64,000 bases of DNA, taken from contig NC_057728.1 in the NCBI RefSeq assembly GCF_004010195.1, positions 42,661,552 through 42,725,551 on the forward strand, read 5' to 3'. The notes under the pieces were generated by a model, which ran no database searches, had not been told where the DNA came from, and was given only the letters and a program-made list of their open reading frames with translations. Source of the DNA: Chiloscyllium plagiosum. Its lineage: Eukaryota. Shown here piece by piece: positions 12,108 through 26,104 of the stretch. The position numbers and the translations under genes are program-made. Each line of letters opens with the position of its first letter. Position 1 is the stretch's first letter.

Positions 12108-13200
12108 TCATCTTTAATCTACCATCATTCATATTCTTACAGAATGGCCTAGAAATTGGTTGATGTCTACTTTAAAGAAGCTAGCCTCAGTATTGATATG
12201 GCAGGCAGTATGCATGTGCAAAGTTTGCATTAAAAGTGCACAGTTCACCTCAATGGTGAAAGCAGAGAAAAGGTGGCGAGAGCCTGCATTTCAAATAGAC
12301 ATTGGTTTTGTTGCATATGCATTCATAAATAACTCCTGTTCCAGATCCCCTCAGCTCGCCAGCCCTGAATGCTGCAGGTGTCAAGAAGCAGCTTTCAGAA
12401 ACACCTAAAAAAAACCATTGAAGCCTGTCATCAATAAGGGAACATTTAAAAAAAATCTCTAACTTAAATTTGAACCAGGAAGAATAGTACTGTTTCTTCT
12501 AGCTTCATTATAGTGCCAAAGACCATTGTCAACCCATTACGATTGCTGTCCCACTCACAAGGCCTGAAATTCAAGTTTCTTTCACCATCAAGCAGCCTGG
12601 TATCACCCAGAGGATGTCCATAGCCCACCAGTCTTATTTACATGAGACCCAAAACTTGAGCACTCCCACCCGGCCCTGTTCCACTACAGGAAGCATTCTG
12701 GCTGGAACCAATTTCTAGGCCAGTTGCTCTTCAGATATACATTTCTGAACATAACCTGCATGTTTGAGATTGTTTTGTTAAATGCTTTAACCTAAATATT
12801 TGTAAATTTACTGTAGGATTAATTTTTTGTGATAACTTGTCAGTAATGAGGTTATTCAACCATAAACCTTTGTGTCCATCTACTGTAGATGTTTAGTAAC
12901 AACGATATGTTATACCACAAAGCCTTTTTGAGTATATGTTAAATGTTCTTATTTTGTAATACAAACATGAGTAAACATTTTTCTTACGTATTCTTGCTTT
13001 TCTATATTGCATTAATTTCATAAGTAGTAATTGTATCTCCTTCTGATCAGTTGTGTCAGACAGTTAACTTGTATAATCTATCTGCAAAATTATGTTGTGT
13101 ATAAATTGTGCTGGCACTGTAAATTGTGGTTTCCTACAATATATTTTCAGCACTGACATTCAAACAATTAATTCCTCTTTGATGAAAACTGGAAAATTAT

Positions 13201-13206
13201 AATAAA
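13201..13206 (+). terminator. candidate polyadenylation signal of OTOG
   Basis: AATAAA about 1.1 kb after the stop codon, following an AT-rich UTR-like stretch. Confidence 0.4.
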
Positions 13207-13566
13207 TAATTGTGGCTTCTAAATGTTCACTGTTAACTTGAAATGTCATGCCATAAAATGAGCACTTCTCAGTGTTTTGAAACAGTTATTGGATTCGTCC
13301 ATGAACACAGACCTTCTAACAAAGCCACAATGCACCTAGCATTTCATTATCCATGACCATCGAGCTGCTTCAGTAGGATGCCCTGTTGAAGTCCTTTCCA
13401 ACAGAACTTGTGTCACCTTGGTTTCCACCCTGCAAGATCCAGTAATCCACCACCAAGAGGTGCTGGTCAATTGAAGGACTGACAGCTCATCAATCTCATA
13501 ATTCCACTTCTGAGACTGCAGCTGTCACAAATGGACATGGACTTACCTATAAATTGAGTGGATTAA

Positions 13567-13638
13567 GCCTTGGTTGCTCACTTGATAGAGCATCAGATTT
13601 TGATATGAGGGCCCCGAGCTCAAGTCCTTGCTGGGCCA
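13567..13638 (+). pseudogene. degenerate tRNA-Lys(UUU)-derived sequence
   Basis: gccttggttgctcacttgatagagcatcagattttgatatgagggccccgagctcaagtccttgctgggcca is colinear with vertebrate tRNA-Lys(TTT); A/B boxes and stems are mutated. Confidence 0.75.
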
Positions 13639-13944
13639 CTCCTTTGACCTTAATTTGATCTGCTCACTTGCGATGACAATTAAACAGAGGATGTCATTTA
13701 ACTGAAGGGAACTTCATGAATCATTGATTGATTCTAAACAAGGTCCACGAGTTGAGTGGGATTCAGGGTAAGTGGGGAAAAATGTCAGGTGTAGGGTGGG
13801 ATGGTTGTTGTAAAAGTGGGGCAAGAGGAATTCTGCAGAAGCAGTCCTTACAGAGTGCCCATCCTTGGATCATATTAAACTAATAAAAAGGGGTATCTCA
13901 GCCTTTGACCACATATCTTAACCAGGCAGTCTTACTATAATAGC

Positions 13945-14150
13945 CCTGATGTGGAGTTGCTGGTGTTGGTCAGGGGGTGGACAAAGTTAAAAATCACACA
14001 ACACCAGGTTATAGTCCAACAGGTTTATTTGGAAGCACTAGTTTTCGGAGCGCTGCTTGTTTGGTAGGAGGATGAAGGAACAGCACTCTGAAAGCTAGTA
14101 CTTCCAAATTAACCTGTTGGACTATAACCTGGTGTGTAATTTTTAACTTT
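13945..14150. mobile_element. inverted-terminus hairpin element (third family, probably Penelope-like)
   Basis: aaagttaaaaatcacacaacaccaggttatagtccaacagg... mirrored by ...cctgttggactataacctggtgtgtaatttttaacttt; centre holds degenerate gatgaaggaacagcactctgaaagcta; partial copies near 20555 and 24385. Confidence 0.7.
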
Positions 14151-15544
14151 TACTGTAATAGCTTATCAGCTATTGGTAAAATCCCAGTGTGGTGGGTAAA
14201 AGCCCTAAAATTGCAGTTAATTAACTACTTAAGTGGCTTGGCGCATGCCTTCTTTACTGTTGCATTAATTTGTCACTCTTCTTGCAGGTCAGATTGTTCT
14301 TTCAAGTTAGTGTATTTACTTCAGTCAGAATGCGCCACCTCTTTAAGGTGTTCAGACTGACTTTACCTATTGTAATCTGGCTTCAGAATGGTGTTAGCCT
14401 TCCATGCGTTTGCTGAGGCATGCAACCCTCAATGATATGTTTAGTGCTGGGCTGCACACTACAATCATTCAAATACAATTAACTGAAGAGACAGATGCAA
14501 TTTACTTACAGAATCATAATCCCCAAGCTTTTGGGTGCTATCCAATTTTGCCCCAAAATGCCTTCAGGATCATTGGCACTGAGTAGGAAAACATTCACAG
14601 AGATTTTGCTTATATAGCAATTGCGTACGAGACCTAAGGTTAATTATGAACAACATAAATAACCAAATGCTACACTCCTACACTTTCCTCTCATTACATT
14701 TAATGAGTTTAAAATGAACATGTTCCTTCCACAGCACTAAACCCTTTTTAAATATAAAAATATGAAGTTTTCATCTATTTTGCATCTGTAGTAGTAATAG
14801 TGCTAGAAGTTCTTGAAACCTTGCATTAATGCTCTGCACCAAGACTGGAGGAGAATAGTTCCAGGGAATGATGAAGTTTGTCAGTTATACCGTTAGTTGT
14901 GTTGTGGCAAAAGTTGCGATGATATTTGATGCAAGTAGATTTTTATGCCTCAGCCCAAGTACACTTGGAGAGAAAAAAACAGAAATATTTGGATGAGTTG
15001 GTGTTCATGAAATGCAGTTATTAATCTGAAAGGATCTTTTCCAGGAAATTTTAGAAGTTTTTGATGTGAGGAGTTTCTAATGAGGTAGGGTCTGATAAAG
15101 ACGTATCTAGAGTATTAGGATTTTTTTAAAGTAATATTTTATTTGCACTAAATACACCTTTGCACAGTTTAGCTCAGCATGAGGTTTAAGATATTAGTCT
15201 CCTACTATGATGTGATTATAATATGATCATTGACGGATCTTCCTTTGTACATTTTCCAGACTTGACCCTTTTCTTTACACAGAATAGACTTGAAGCTGTC
15301 AAATTGTTTACCAGCCTTTGTAAACACTTTATGAGCATTGTTTCCCCTAGCAACAGAGTTGATGGGCTGATCTTAATTTCTTTTGTTGAATTGTGAGTTG
15401 TGTTGAGTTTTTTGGAGGATTTGTCACTTTGGGACCTAGTAAGGTTTTTTTGCCATAGCACACAAAACTCATCCCATTAATGACTTATATGGCCCAGATG
15501 GTGCCCCTCACATCCAATCCAGGTTTCATCTTACCAGTTAGAGA

Positions 15545-15690
15545 CAAAAAAAACTGCACATGCTGGAATCCAAAGCAGACAAGCCTTCTTAAGTCCTGAA
15601 GAAGGGTTACACCTGAAACATCAACTTCTCCACCTCCTGATGCTGCCTGGCTTGCTGTGTATTTCCAGCCTCCTGCTTGCCTGCTCCATC
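15545..15690. mobile_element. Penelope-like terminus with degenerate hammerhead core
   Basis: ctgaagaagggttacacctgaaacatcaac at about 15596-15625. Confidence 0.6.
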
Positions 15691-16069
15691 TTAACAGTGC
15701 CATTTCCAGAATAACTCACCACTCACCAGACATGGATCACTGGCATCTGCATGATATTGAAATGGTCGCTATGCAATTGGGGGACCACTAGCATTCTGAA
15801 TCTTCCCTCCTCTTTGTTGAGCAGATTCTGAACATGTTAGAGAAGGAGAGGATGGAACTACTATTCTCCAATAGGTACCTGGAGATCCTGGTAGATGGTG
15901 TTTTGTGTGTGTGTGTGTATGAAGGGGGTGGGGGTGGGGGGGGGGGGGGGGACAGTGGTGCAAAGGAGTGCCATTCTTTTTCCAGAGAATTGGCAGAAAA
16001 GGCCATTAAATCATGGTCCAATGTCACCACCTGGGTCAGTGTGGTCTTAACAATCAGGGGGAATGGCCA

Positions 16070-16650
16070 GCATTATCATAAAAAAAGGGATATTTTGTTA
16101 AAGCTATGCAGGGCTCTAGTCAGGCCACAACTGGAATACAATAAACTGTTTTGTGGCCTTTATCCAAGCAAATATTTACTGGCATTGGAGGCAGTCCAGA
16201 GAACATTTACTGGGCTGATCTCAATTATGGAGGGATTGTCTTCTGAGGAAAGGTTGAGTACATTGGACCTGTATTTGTTGGAATATAGAAGATTTAAAGG
16301 TGGCCTTATTGAAACACCTAAGCTTCTTAGGTGACTTGTCAGGATAGATGTGGAGAGATTGTTTCCCCTTGTGGCACAATCTCGGATCAGTGGGCATAAT
16401 CCTGGAATAAGGGGTCACACATTTAAGACTGAAAGGAGGAGAAATTTCTTCTTTCATAGGGTAGTAAATCTGTGGAATTCTTTACCACAGAGGGCAATTG
16501 AGGCTCAATCATTAAATATATTCAAGGATGAGAAAGACAGATTTTTAATCAGTAAGAGAATCCAGGGTTATGGGGAAAGACAGGAAACTGGAGTTGAGCA
16601 TTATCAGATCAGCCATAATCTCATTGAATGGTGGAGCAGACTCGATAGGT
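16070..16650 (+). mobile_element. CR1-clade LINE 3' fragment (older subfamily)
   Basis: LVRPQLEY, LEAVQRTFT, RVVNLWNSLP motifs with stops and frameshifts. Confidence 0.9.
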
Positions 16651-17914
16651 TGAATAATGTTCAGAGTGTGGTGCTGGAAAAGGACAGCCAATCTGGCTGC
16701 ATCCAAGGAGCAGGAGAGTCGACATTTCAAGCATAAGCTCTTGAATAACTTACTTTTCATCTTATGTTTTGTGGTCTTGTGTTCTTAAAGATAAGCCATT
16801 TGCTTCACTTGGAATAATACCCCTGATTCATAACTGAGTCTATTGCTGGATTGATTTGCAAACAAGTTCTGATTTTGTACTGTTGAAACAAATTACACTT
16901 GCTGCAGAAAATTAGGACTTAACAATGTAAGGACCTTTTTAATAACAAGATTATGTTCCTACAATATTACATAAACTCAGGCTCAGAGACCCAAAAAATA
17001 CTTATAACTGAGAAATTCATTCCTGCTGTTGTAAATTGTTCTTGGAGGTTTGTAGAATGTAGTTTTTAAATATGTCTGTTCCATTCTGTTTCTTTTCTTA
17101 TCTCCATCTTATTCAGTCTTTCCTTTCTGATCGTTGTTTTCTTTTCCTGTATCTAAGTTGACTCTTAATTCATCTAATTTTGTTCTTCAATGCTCCTTTC
17201 CTTATTTGATTGTACTGATTTTTTTAATAAATAGTGATGATCTTGTCTTGTGAGTGTGTATATATATATATAATATATATATTGCATCTGACACTGTGTT
17301 TTAAATTGTAGCATATAAACATGACAATTGTATTAGACTTATGGAAGGCAGACCAGATTGGTGAGTTGAATAGATGTATATGTCTGGAGAAATTTACTAC
17401 AGAGAAATATGTCTTGGTGTGGAAAGAAAGGGAACTATCATTATAATCTAAATGGTACAATTTTAGCGAGACAGAGATGATCAAATCCAAGGAATGTAGG
17501 TAAAAGATGATCCTTGAAAGTAGAAAGGAAAGATTTAAAAAAAAATACAAACAGGGTCCTTGAGCTTTACAAGGAGAGGCATTGGGATCTAGCCTAGCTG
17601 AAGAATTGTGTTAAATTTTAGCATCACCCTTTAGGAAGGATGCAGAGGGGATTTCTTGAACATTACCAAGGATGAATGTTATGGAGAGAATAAGTGAACT
17701 GTGTTTGTTAATTTTAGAGTACAGTGAATTAAGAAGGAACAGTGAAACTGGAGCAGGGGGTGGGTCTTTCAGCACCTTGAGCCTGCTCTGCCAAAAATCT
17801 AAAATTCTTTCTATCTTTTTCAGTGACTTGGCTTCCACAGCCTTCTGTAGCCGAGAATTCCATGAGTTCACTAATTTCCTCAGCTCAGTCCGAATGGTCT
17901 ATTCTGCCTCATCG

Positions 17915-18450
17915 AATCCTTACAGTGTGGAAGCAGGCCATTTGCCCCATGAAGTCTGCACCAATCTCCAAAGAGCTTTTTAAAAATTTGAAAATAAATT
18001 GAAACTGTAGGTGCTAAGTTATCCCACCTAGACCCAAACCCCTCTCCTATCCCCTGGAACCTCACATTTACCATGGCTAATCCACCTGCCCTGCATACCA
18101 TTGGACACTGCAGAGCGAGTTGATCTGGTCAATCCACTTGTCCTGCACAGCTTTGATTAGATTACCTACAGTGTGGAAACTGGCCCTTCGGGCCAACCAG
18201 TCCACTCTGGCCCTCCAAAGCGTAACCCACCCAGATCCTCTGACTAATGCACCTAACACTATGGGCAATTTATCACGGCCAATTCACCTGGCCTGCACAT
18301 TTTTGGACTGTGGGAGGAAACCAGAGCACCTGGAGGAAACCCATGCAGACACGGGAGGATGTGCAAACTCCACGCAGACAGTCGCCCGAGACTGGAATCG
18401 AATCTGGCACTGTGAGGTAGCAGTGCTTACCACCGAGCCACCATTGTGAT
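17915..18450 (-). mobile_element. two adjacent HE1-like SINE pieces (partial copy plus near-full copy 18160-18450)
   Basis: Two tacagtgtggaa tails (about 17921 and 18166); tRNA-like head at about 18445. Confidence 0.75.
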
Positions 18451-18769
18451 ACCATTTTTTTTCTTCCATTGAACAAATTTGGTATAACCTGGAAGAAGCG
18501 TGTTCAGCAAATTCTGGGTCACTCAGCATCTTGTTTCAGTGTCGTTATTGAAATAAATGACCTAACTGCAAACCTCGAATGTTATATTTGTACAGTAAAA
18601 TTCAATAACATAATCAACCTTTAAAGTTCTAGTGGTGCTTTCACACAGTCGGGATTCGAGAATGAATGGAATGAAAGGCATTGATCTTTACTGGGGAAAA
18701 GAAAGCCTGAATGAACACGCATTGTTCTGGGAGCAAGATTTTTCAATGCAGTTTCACAGAGACCCTGCA

Positions 18770-19260
18770 GATTGCCAGTGAGGTGTTCGCAGATGCAGCC
18801 TGAGAAAGCAGCGAGTGGCTGCAGCCAGTTTCCTGGATGCTCTCGGTCAGTTTCTTGTGCCTGGAGCGCCGCTCTTGTCAATCAAACGCAGCTCAATGCC
18901 CACCGTCCCTATGGCAGCACCAACCTTGCGGAACAAAGGGGAAAGTTTGGGCCGGGGGCGGTGGGGGGAGTGAAACAATGGCCAGAGCGCATTCACATAC
19001 ACACACACAGAGGGAGGCTTGGGCTTCCAGAGTCTGCCTGGAAGCAACAAGGAATAAGTAGTGAAGGAAAGCAGGAAAACAGAGCGACAAGGGCTCAGTC
19101 AAATTGAGGATTAGAGGCGCACGCCGGCAGAAATGTGCGGGTAATTTGCTCACATGTTGGAATTGCGCGCTTGGGAAATCGCGATGAATAATACAAGCTT
19201 GTTCAAAGCTAGGACTTGGTCGGTCAATTTATGGTTGTGAGAATACATCTTCGGCAATGC
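18770..19260. promoter_or_regulatory. CpG/GC-enriched non-repeat island; candidate promoter or first exon of the downstream FN3/CTLD gene, or an enhancer
   Basis: Visible local CpG excess against a CpG-poor background; GC-box-like gggggcggtggg; SOX-type AACAAAG and AACAATG; possible donor CGG|GTAATT at 19140/19141. Confidence 0.5.
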
Positions 19261-21169
19261 CCACTTTTTAATAAGAATAAAGCAAAAGCAAAAATAGATC
19301 AGTAGAAGCGTTCCAATTTTTTCCCAAGCTTATACATTACTTTAGGCATGAAAACAATTAATGCTTTCGAGGTGTCAGTGCGTTTTTTTTTGTGGAGTGC
19401 ACTTAAGGTTGTTTTCATTTGTACGTAATGGCATCAAACTTGGTTTAAAGGCACCCAGATTATTTGTGGCCGGTAAATTCATGTGGCCAGAGATTACAAT
19501 ACTCTCTCTTAGCAATTACGCTTTCTCTTGGATAGAAGAATTGGAGTTCCGGGTGACGGGTATACTAATTGGTCTGTTCCAGATTAACAGCAAAGTAAAA
19601 CGTTTTATGGCTGAAATCAACTGATAAAATAGCATTCATGAAATACTCCACATTACTTACTTATTCTTTTTATTAAAATGACAATAATTGACTCAAACAT
19701 GCCACATAAAATACATTTTATATTAGTTTAGAGGGACGGCTATAGTTACTGTTCAGGTTACATTTCTTTAAATAAAGCAGATTATTGTTATTGGAAGAAT
19801 CTATAAAATTAACAAGATGCATGCACTCATTCCATCACTTAAGATGTACAGCAAGTGTAAAACAGTATATTTGTGGAGGCTGTAAATTAACAAATCATTC
19901 AAAAATCGATTGGATCTATCTAGGGGTGATGATATCATTGGGCTAGTTAACATGGATACTGCACAATATGTTCAAATGTCATCAGGGCAGCTGAGGAACT
20001 TAAATGAAATCTGAGATTGAAAGCTAGCATCATTAATGGTGATCATGTAACTATCACTACTGTATCAAAACATCTGGTTCAGTAAAGTCCTTTTGGGAAT
20101 GAAACCTGCTTTCTCTACCTGATCTGGCCCATAGCTGTGTGGTTAATTCCTAACTGCTGCCCTTGAAATAACCTAGCAAGGTTTAAAGACAATAAGGAAT
20201 GGGCAACACTTTGTGGCCTTACTGATGACACCCACTTTTAATGAAAAAAAAAGCAATAAATACTAAGGATTGTGAATAATGCTCTCCTGTAAACCATGCT
20301 GGATAATTCTTATCAACAGCCAGAAAGCTACTAATAGACGAACAATTTACTACCATTTTGCCAATTTATTTGAATAGTTTTAAAAGTATTTAATTATGGT
20401 TCATGCATAGTTCTATAATTAATTGCCTGCTGCTGATTACCCAATTGTCATTGTTCAGGCTTTTTGACCATTTTCCCATGGGGGATTTGAACCTGAAATT
20501 ATGTTTACTATTGTACTTGTAAATATGTAATATTTTCATGATAGTCATGATTTGGAGATGCTGGCATTAGACTGGGGGGTACAAAGTTAAAAATTGATTT
20601 TCATGTTTCTTTTTAGTATAAAAGGCTCTTCAACAAATAACAGTTACCGTATAAACAAAGTTGTTTTCCCAGTAAACAAACAATTTGTTAGCTTGTCTGG
20701 GCAATCAGAAAGCTCATCTCACTCTTGGGTTATACATTGTTATGAGAATGAATATCATTACGTCTGTTGTTAGTTAGATTTGCCCAGCATATTTAAGTTT
20801 CTGAATCTTTTGTACGGTAAGCTGTTGGAAATCTGAGCTGAAAATGTAATGGAAAGAGGATATCTAGGTCCTGTGTGAACCATACAAGGAAATTATCTCA
20901 CTCTCTAATCAATCAAATTGAAGAAACATAATATGACAAGAACTGAAAATTGTAAATTAGTGTGGGTGAATTCAAAGTCAAATCAGGTAACAAAAGAAAA
21001 ATATAGAGTTGGGAAGAACAACTAACTTAAAAGAAAACAGAAAGCTAAGCTTTATCAAAAGAATTATTCATCCTTTTTAGTATCTAAAATCTCCAACAAC
21101 AATTAAAACCTGAAGGAAGAAGACTTCACATGTATAAAAATAATTTTCAGTGCCAGAGAGGCTATCTTA

Positions 21170-21860
21170 TTATAAGAATATTTTGATTGAAATTGCTAAA
21201 CAAGTTAGTATGCAGGTACAGCAAACAGGGAATCACATTGAATATCACAATTTATTACAAGGAAAATGGAATATAAAAATTGGAAAGTTTTACTGCAGTT
21301 GCACTAGGAATTGATGAAACTGTGTATAGATGTGGTGTCCTTTGTTGAGAAAAGGTGTAGTTGCTTTATAAACAGATCAAAGAAGATTCGGTCAACTTAT
21401 TTCTGTGAAGCAGGGTTCAAGTCGTGTGCATATGTTGGGACCTCTGTCCTTTGGAATTTGGAAGAATGAGAGGTGATCTTATTGAAATATCAATGATCTT
21501 CAGGGGATTAGATAGAATGGATATGAATCAAGTCTTTCCTGTTGTGTGGGTAGATTAAAACTCTGGATATAGTTTAAGTATAAGTGATCTCCCTTTTAAG
21601 AAAGAGGTGATTAGTTTTTTTTCCCTCAGCAGTTGATTAGAGTGTGAAATTCTCTTTCCCAGAAGCATTGGAGGTTGAATCTTTAAATTTATTCAAGATT
21701 GATTTAGATGACTTTTGATTGACGAGGAAATCAAAGGTTATGGGGTACAGGTAGAAAATACTAGTTGAGTCTAAGCCAGATGAACCATGATTTGGTTGTA
21801 GTCTCAACCATTGGTGGAGCTGTCTCAAAAGGCCAAATGCCCTATCCTACTCCTAAGCCC
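21170..21860 (+). mobile_element. old CR1-clade LINE 3' fragment
   Basis: gaagaatgagaggtgatcttattgaa and aatcaaaggttatgggg segments match the 16070-16650 copy. Confidence 0.75.
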
Positions 21861-23049
21861 TTTGTTCCTAATTGACCTTCTGTGTCAAATTTAATTCATA
21901 CGCTTGTTCATATATGCACTGCAACTTCATACCATTCAATGTATTTTGGACATAGCCTGTACAGTGAGATGCCATTTTTTGGGTACCAATGGAAAAAATG
22001 ACACATCCTGGACACCAGGTACTGGAGTTCTGCTTTTGGATCTAAACTTCCAATGTATAAAGTTAATGTAGCATTGCACATAATAACTGTGATAAATTTG
22101 AAAGTAAATTATGGTCCCTTTTTATCGGAAAAGGCTTTGACATTGGTGAAGTTGGGAATATGAAAGTCAAAAGTTTCTTGAGAAACTTTATGATTCAGAG
22201 GGTCTACTTTCATTCAGCACAAGGGATTAATGTAGTTTTCAAGTCATGACTGTAGTTTTTGTCTGTCAATCTCCTGATCTTTGAGGTCCCATCGATATCA
22301 CTATTTGTGTATCAGTGTTGCAAACATAACTACAAGAACTCAAGTTTGGGTTTGCATCATCTGTTAGACAACCTGGGAAACACAAACAATCAAAAACAGT
22401 TTGTCCAGAGCAAGGTCTCTGAGGCAAAATTTGCCAGGAAATAACAGTGATACTGAGTTAGGATTTCAGGTTAACAATTTACATAAAATCTAGTTTCAAC
22501 TTGCACCATCTGGAAGTGTGGGGGGGAGCAAGTTCAATCAAATCACCAAGGGGGAATTAGATGATTATTTGAGTAGAAATCCATGTGCAGCATTATGGGG
22601 AAAGGACAGGAGAAAGCACTAAGCCACAATGGTCATTCATAAAGCTAGTATAGATATAATGGGCCAAATGTCCTTTTTCTACAGTGAACCACTTCTGTGA
22701 TTTACTGTTGGAGATTTTAAAGCAGTATATGTCTAAAAGAAACCTGCTCGCAATAAAATGGATTTAGCTTTTGGACTTTTGATTTTCTATATCAGAAGTT
22801 ATTGTATAGTAAGTCACATGGATCGCTTATCTGAGGCAGATATGATAGACACAAATTATGGCTAACAGTCTTTTCCAATTACATTAGATTCATAAAAGCT
22901 AGACAAAGACTATTTTAATATTGTTAATAACAAAAATAAAACAGAATGTTGTAGTTTGCAAGTCAGGAGCAATATTTTTAAGTGTACATGTTAGAAAATA
23001 TCTAATCATATAGAGAACTATCAATGGGATGAGTTGTGTTGCACAACTA

Positions 23050-23770
23050 ACTATGTCTTTTGCCATACTGTTCCAATATATCTACAAGACAGGCACCTAT
23101 TCGACAACGTGGAAAATTGATGATTGCACAGTGTTCAGTACTATTCACAAATCCTCAGACCCTGAAACAGTCCATGTCCACACATAGCAGGAGATTGGTG
23201 ATATCGAAGCTAAGTGACAAGCAACATTTGTGTAACAGGGAATGGCCACCTCTAACATAACAGAATCTACTAGCTACCTTTGACATTTAACGGTATTGCC
23301 TTCACTAAATTCTCCCTCATCAGCATTTTGAAGGTAATCATTGATTATAAACTTAACTGGACAAAAGTACTGTGGCTATAAGAGTAGGTCAGAGGCTGGC
23401 AAGTCTGCGGCAGGTAACACACCTCTTTGCTGCACAAAGCTTGTCCATGACTCACAAGGTACATGTCATGTGTGCACTTGAGTATGCTCCACTTTCCTGG
23501 ATGAGTGTAGCTCCAGTCACACTTCAGTAAGTTGACACAGTTGAGAACAAAGCAACCTCGCCTGATCAGCACTCTATTCGCCACCCTAAATATTCACTCC
23601 CTCCACAAACGCAAAGTAGCAGCACTTATAAAAGATTCACTGCAGCGCATTTGCAGGCTCGTTTGACAGTATTTTCCAAGTCTGTGACCTCTGCCACCTA
23701 CAAGGACAAGTGCTACTGATGCATGGGAGCACCAGCAGCCGCATGCTTCCTTCCAAACCCCACACATGAC
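23050..23770 (+). mobile_element. old LINE 3' fragment, same family as 32278-34615
   Basis: gatgattgcacagtgttcag and ttgacatttaacggtatt segments colinear with the reverse complement of about 32500-33130. Confidence 0.7.
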
Positions 23771-24749
23771 TGAATTTTTAACTCCATTGTCAGCAGGTTA
23801 TAAAGGCTGGTGAGCTCCTAAAACTCACTGGTTGTTCTTCCCACTGGCTGCTTTCACATAGCCAACCTGTCAGCCTAATCCCAACAATAACCTGGACTAA
23901 TCTCTCTGTCCCTGGCTAGATTTTGCCAGGTTTGACTGTAATCACAGCCGTAGCCACAACTTCCACCTGGTACTTCTGGTACTACAGTGCAGCTGGGCAT
24001 CCAATTTGCCCTGTGCAAAGAGACTTCCTCCTTAGATAAGGATAGAAGTCTTGCTTTAAAGCAATTAATGCTGTTCCATCATTAAATCAACATTTGGAAC
24101 ACTGGTGAGGTTCATACACTAACTCACCAGTGGGTTCTTAGTCATGCTGATTGTTTTGGGGAGAGGGGAGTCACTGAGGCTAAGATCATGGCACCCATAA
24201 AATCCACCCTACTCTTGTGACTTGTAGCAATGTCACATTTCCTTTCTTGTTGCCAGGACAGAATCCAGGAAGACCCCTCACCAACAGCACTGTGGCTAAC
24301 ACTAATACCTAATGGACAGCAATAGTTAAAGAAGGTGATTTAGCAGCACCTTTGCAAGAATTATTAAGGATGAGATAGTTGGATGTTGAGATGCCAGCGT
24401 TGGACTGGGGTGGACAAAGTAATCACCAGATTATAGTCCAACAGAGTCCAACAGAAGTAATATCTTTCGAAGTGCTGCTCCTTCGTCAAGTCGGTAGCTG
24501 CAGACAATGCCCAGAAATAGAGAAAAATGGAAACCAGACACAGGGAGAGCAGATAGTAATCTAGGGAAGAAGGAGTGATTTTGGGGACTATAAGTACTTG
24601 AAAATGAGTTGGCTACGCTGAATGCAACTCATACAGGACAGGACCTGGGAGTGGGGTGGGGTGATAACAGACATGGAGGAAATTGCTAATGCTCTGCAAC
24701 TATTAAGCAAAATTATTAAGCTAAATGGATAGAACAAAGGTGTTCAGCA

Positions 24750-25325
24750 TAGCATTTATCCAGCCCCCGTTTCATGAAACACTTTGCTGAATTCCTTGGC
24801 TAAATGACCCTGAGCTTCCAGCTCCCTTCCACTCAACACACCACCATGTTTCTGTGCCAGCATTTCTGTGTCAGGTCTGCGATGGTGCTTCAGCATAGCT
24901 CAACGCAAGCTGGGGGAACAACACTGCATCTTCTGCCTAGTTACCTTACAGGCCTCATGACTCAACACTGAGTTGAACAATTTCAAAACATGAACTGCCC
25001 TCCATGTCTTTTAATGCCCCCCCAAGACACACACAAACCCTCCCTGCTGACAGCACTGCCCATTTTCAAATACAGGTACTTACATTTTCTGTTATTATCT
25101 CATCTTTCCTGGATTACCATCACAATCACTTTATTTGCTTTCCTTTCCTAGGGCACCATTTCCATTTACCTGATTCACTAATAATTATGTCAGCAGCATA
25201 AATACCACCATTTCCTAGGTGCTGTCAGTTCTGATGATGGGTCACTGGATTTGAACTGCTAACTCTTTCTCTCCCTGTAAATTCTGCCAGACCTGCTGAG
25301 TTTCTTCAGCACCGTTTTCTTTGCA
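24750..25325 (+). mobile_element. old Penelope-like element 3' end
   Basis: AQRKLGEQHCIFCLVTLQAS*LNTELNNF resembles the GIY-YIG C-terminus; terminal ctgatgatgggtcactgga...ctgccagacctgctgag. Confidence 0.65.
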
Positions 25326-26104
25326 GTGGTTTGACTAGCATAGAACATTTCTTGGATTCTTGTTTCAATCTGATGCTCACAAACATTCCTGGATATTAAA
25401 TTTGGCTACCATTTCCTAATAGGGAAGGTTTTCATAATCACGGCATGCAGACACATCAGTACTGTTTTGTATACGATTAAATGATGCAGTGACTATGTAC
25501 CTTTCATAATTTGTTTAATCTCTGCTCCACAGTGAGTTTATTTACACTTCATTTTATTTGGCACTTGTTCAATTCACTTCTCCAACCTCATTAAGTGTTA
25601 ACAAATATTTAAATTCAGTCTGAATCATCTGAAGACTGCCTTCATAGAGCATGCACTTTCCCTTTGAGCAGGCACAGCATATTAAAAGTTGGCTTCGTTT
25701 AACAATTGGTGCATAGCTTTGTTTACTTTAGATATGTTAATTATTCAATTAACTGACATTGAAAAATAGCATGCACTTATCTCAGTGTACTGTAGGCTAG
25801 CTTTGCACTGGCTGCCATGCCTTCCTGTCACAAATTTGCCATGAGTGCAATATTATGTAATTATGTCTTAGATTTTCTGCAAATCTGATATAGATCTGTG
25901 CATCTCCATTACATTATCTGGTCATTATAAGCTCCTATAAATTTCTGAATCAAAACAAAAGTCCCTTTTAAGTGTGTGCAGTTGTCTCATCTTTTTTATA
26001 TTTAGCCTCGGTTATTTTACCCAACATGTTCCTGGAGTAGAGGCATACCTTATGCAGTCAGTGTACTGAAATGCTACACCAAGCAAGGTGAAGAAGCTGA
26101 TCAG

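Noticed and set aside
15834..16334. 166-aa ORF with a poly-Gly run
   Set aside because: Chance fusion of a (TG)n/poly-G tract with a CR1 fragment
18772..19153. Overlapping ORFs in the GC-rich island as coding exons
   Set aside because: No recognisable domain or compatible splice phase; explained by GC content
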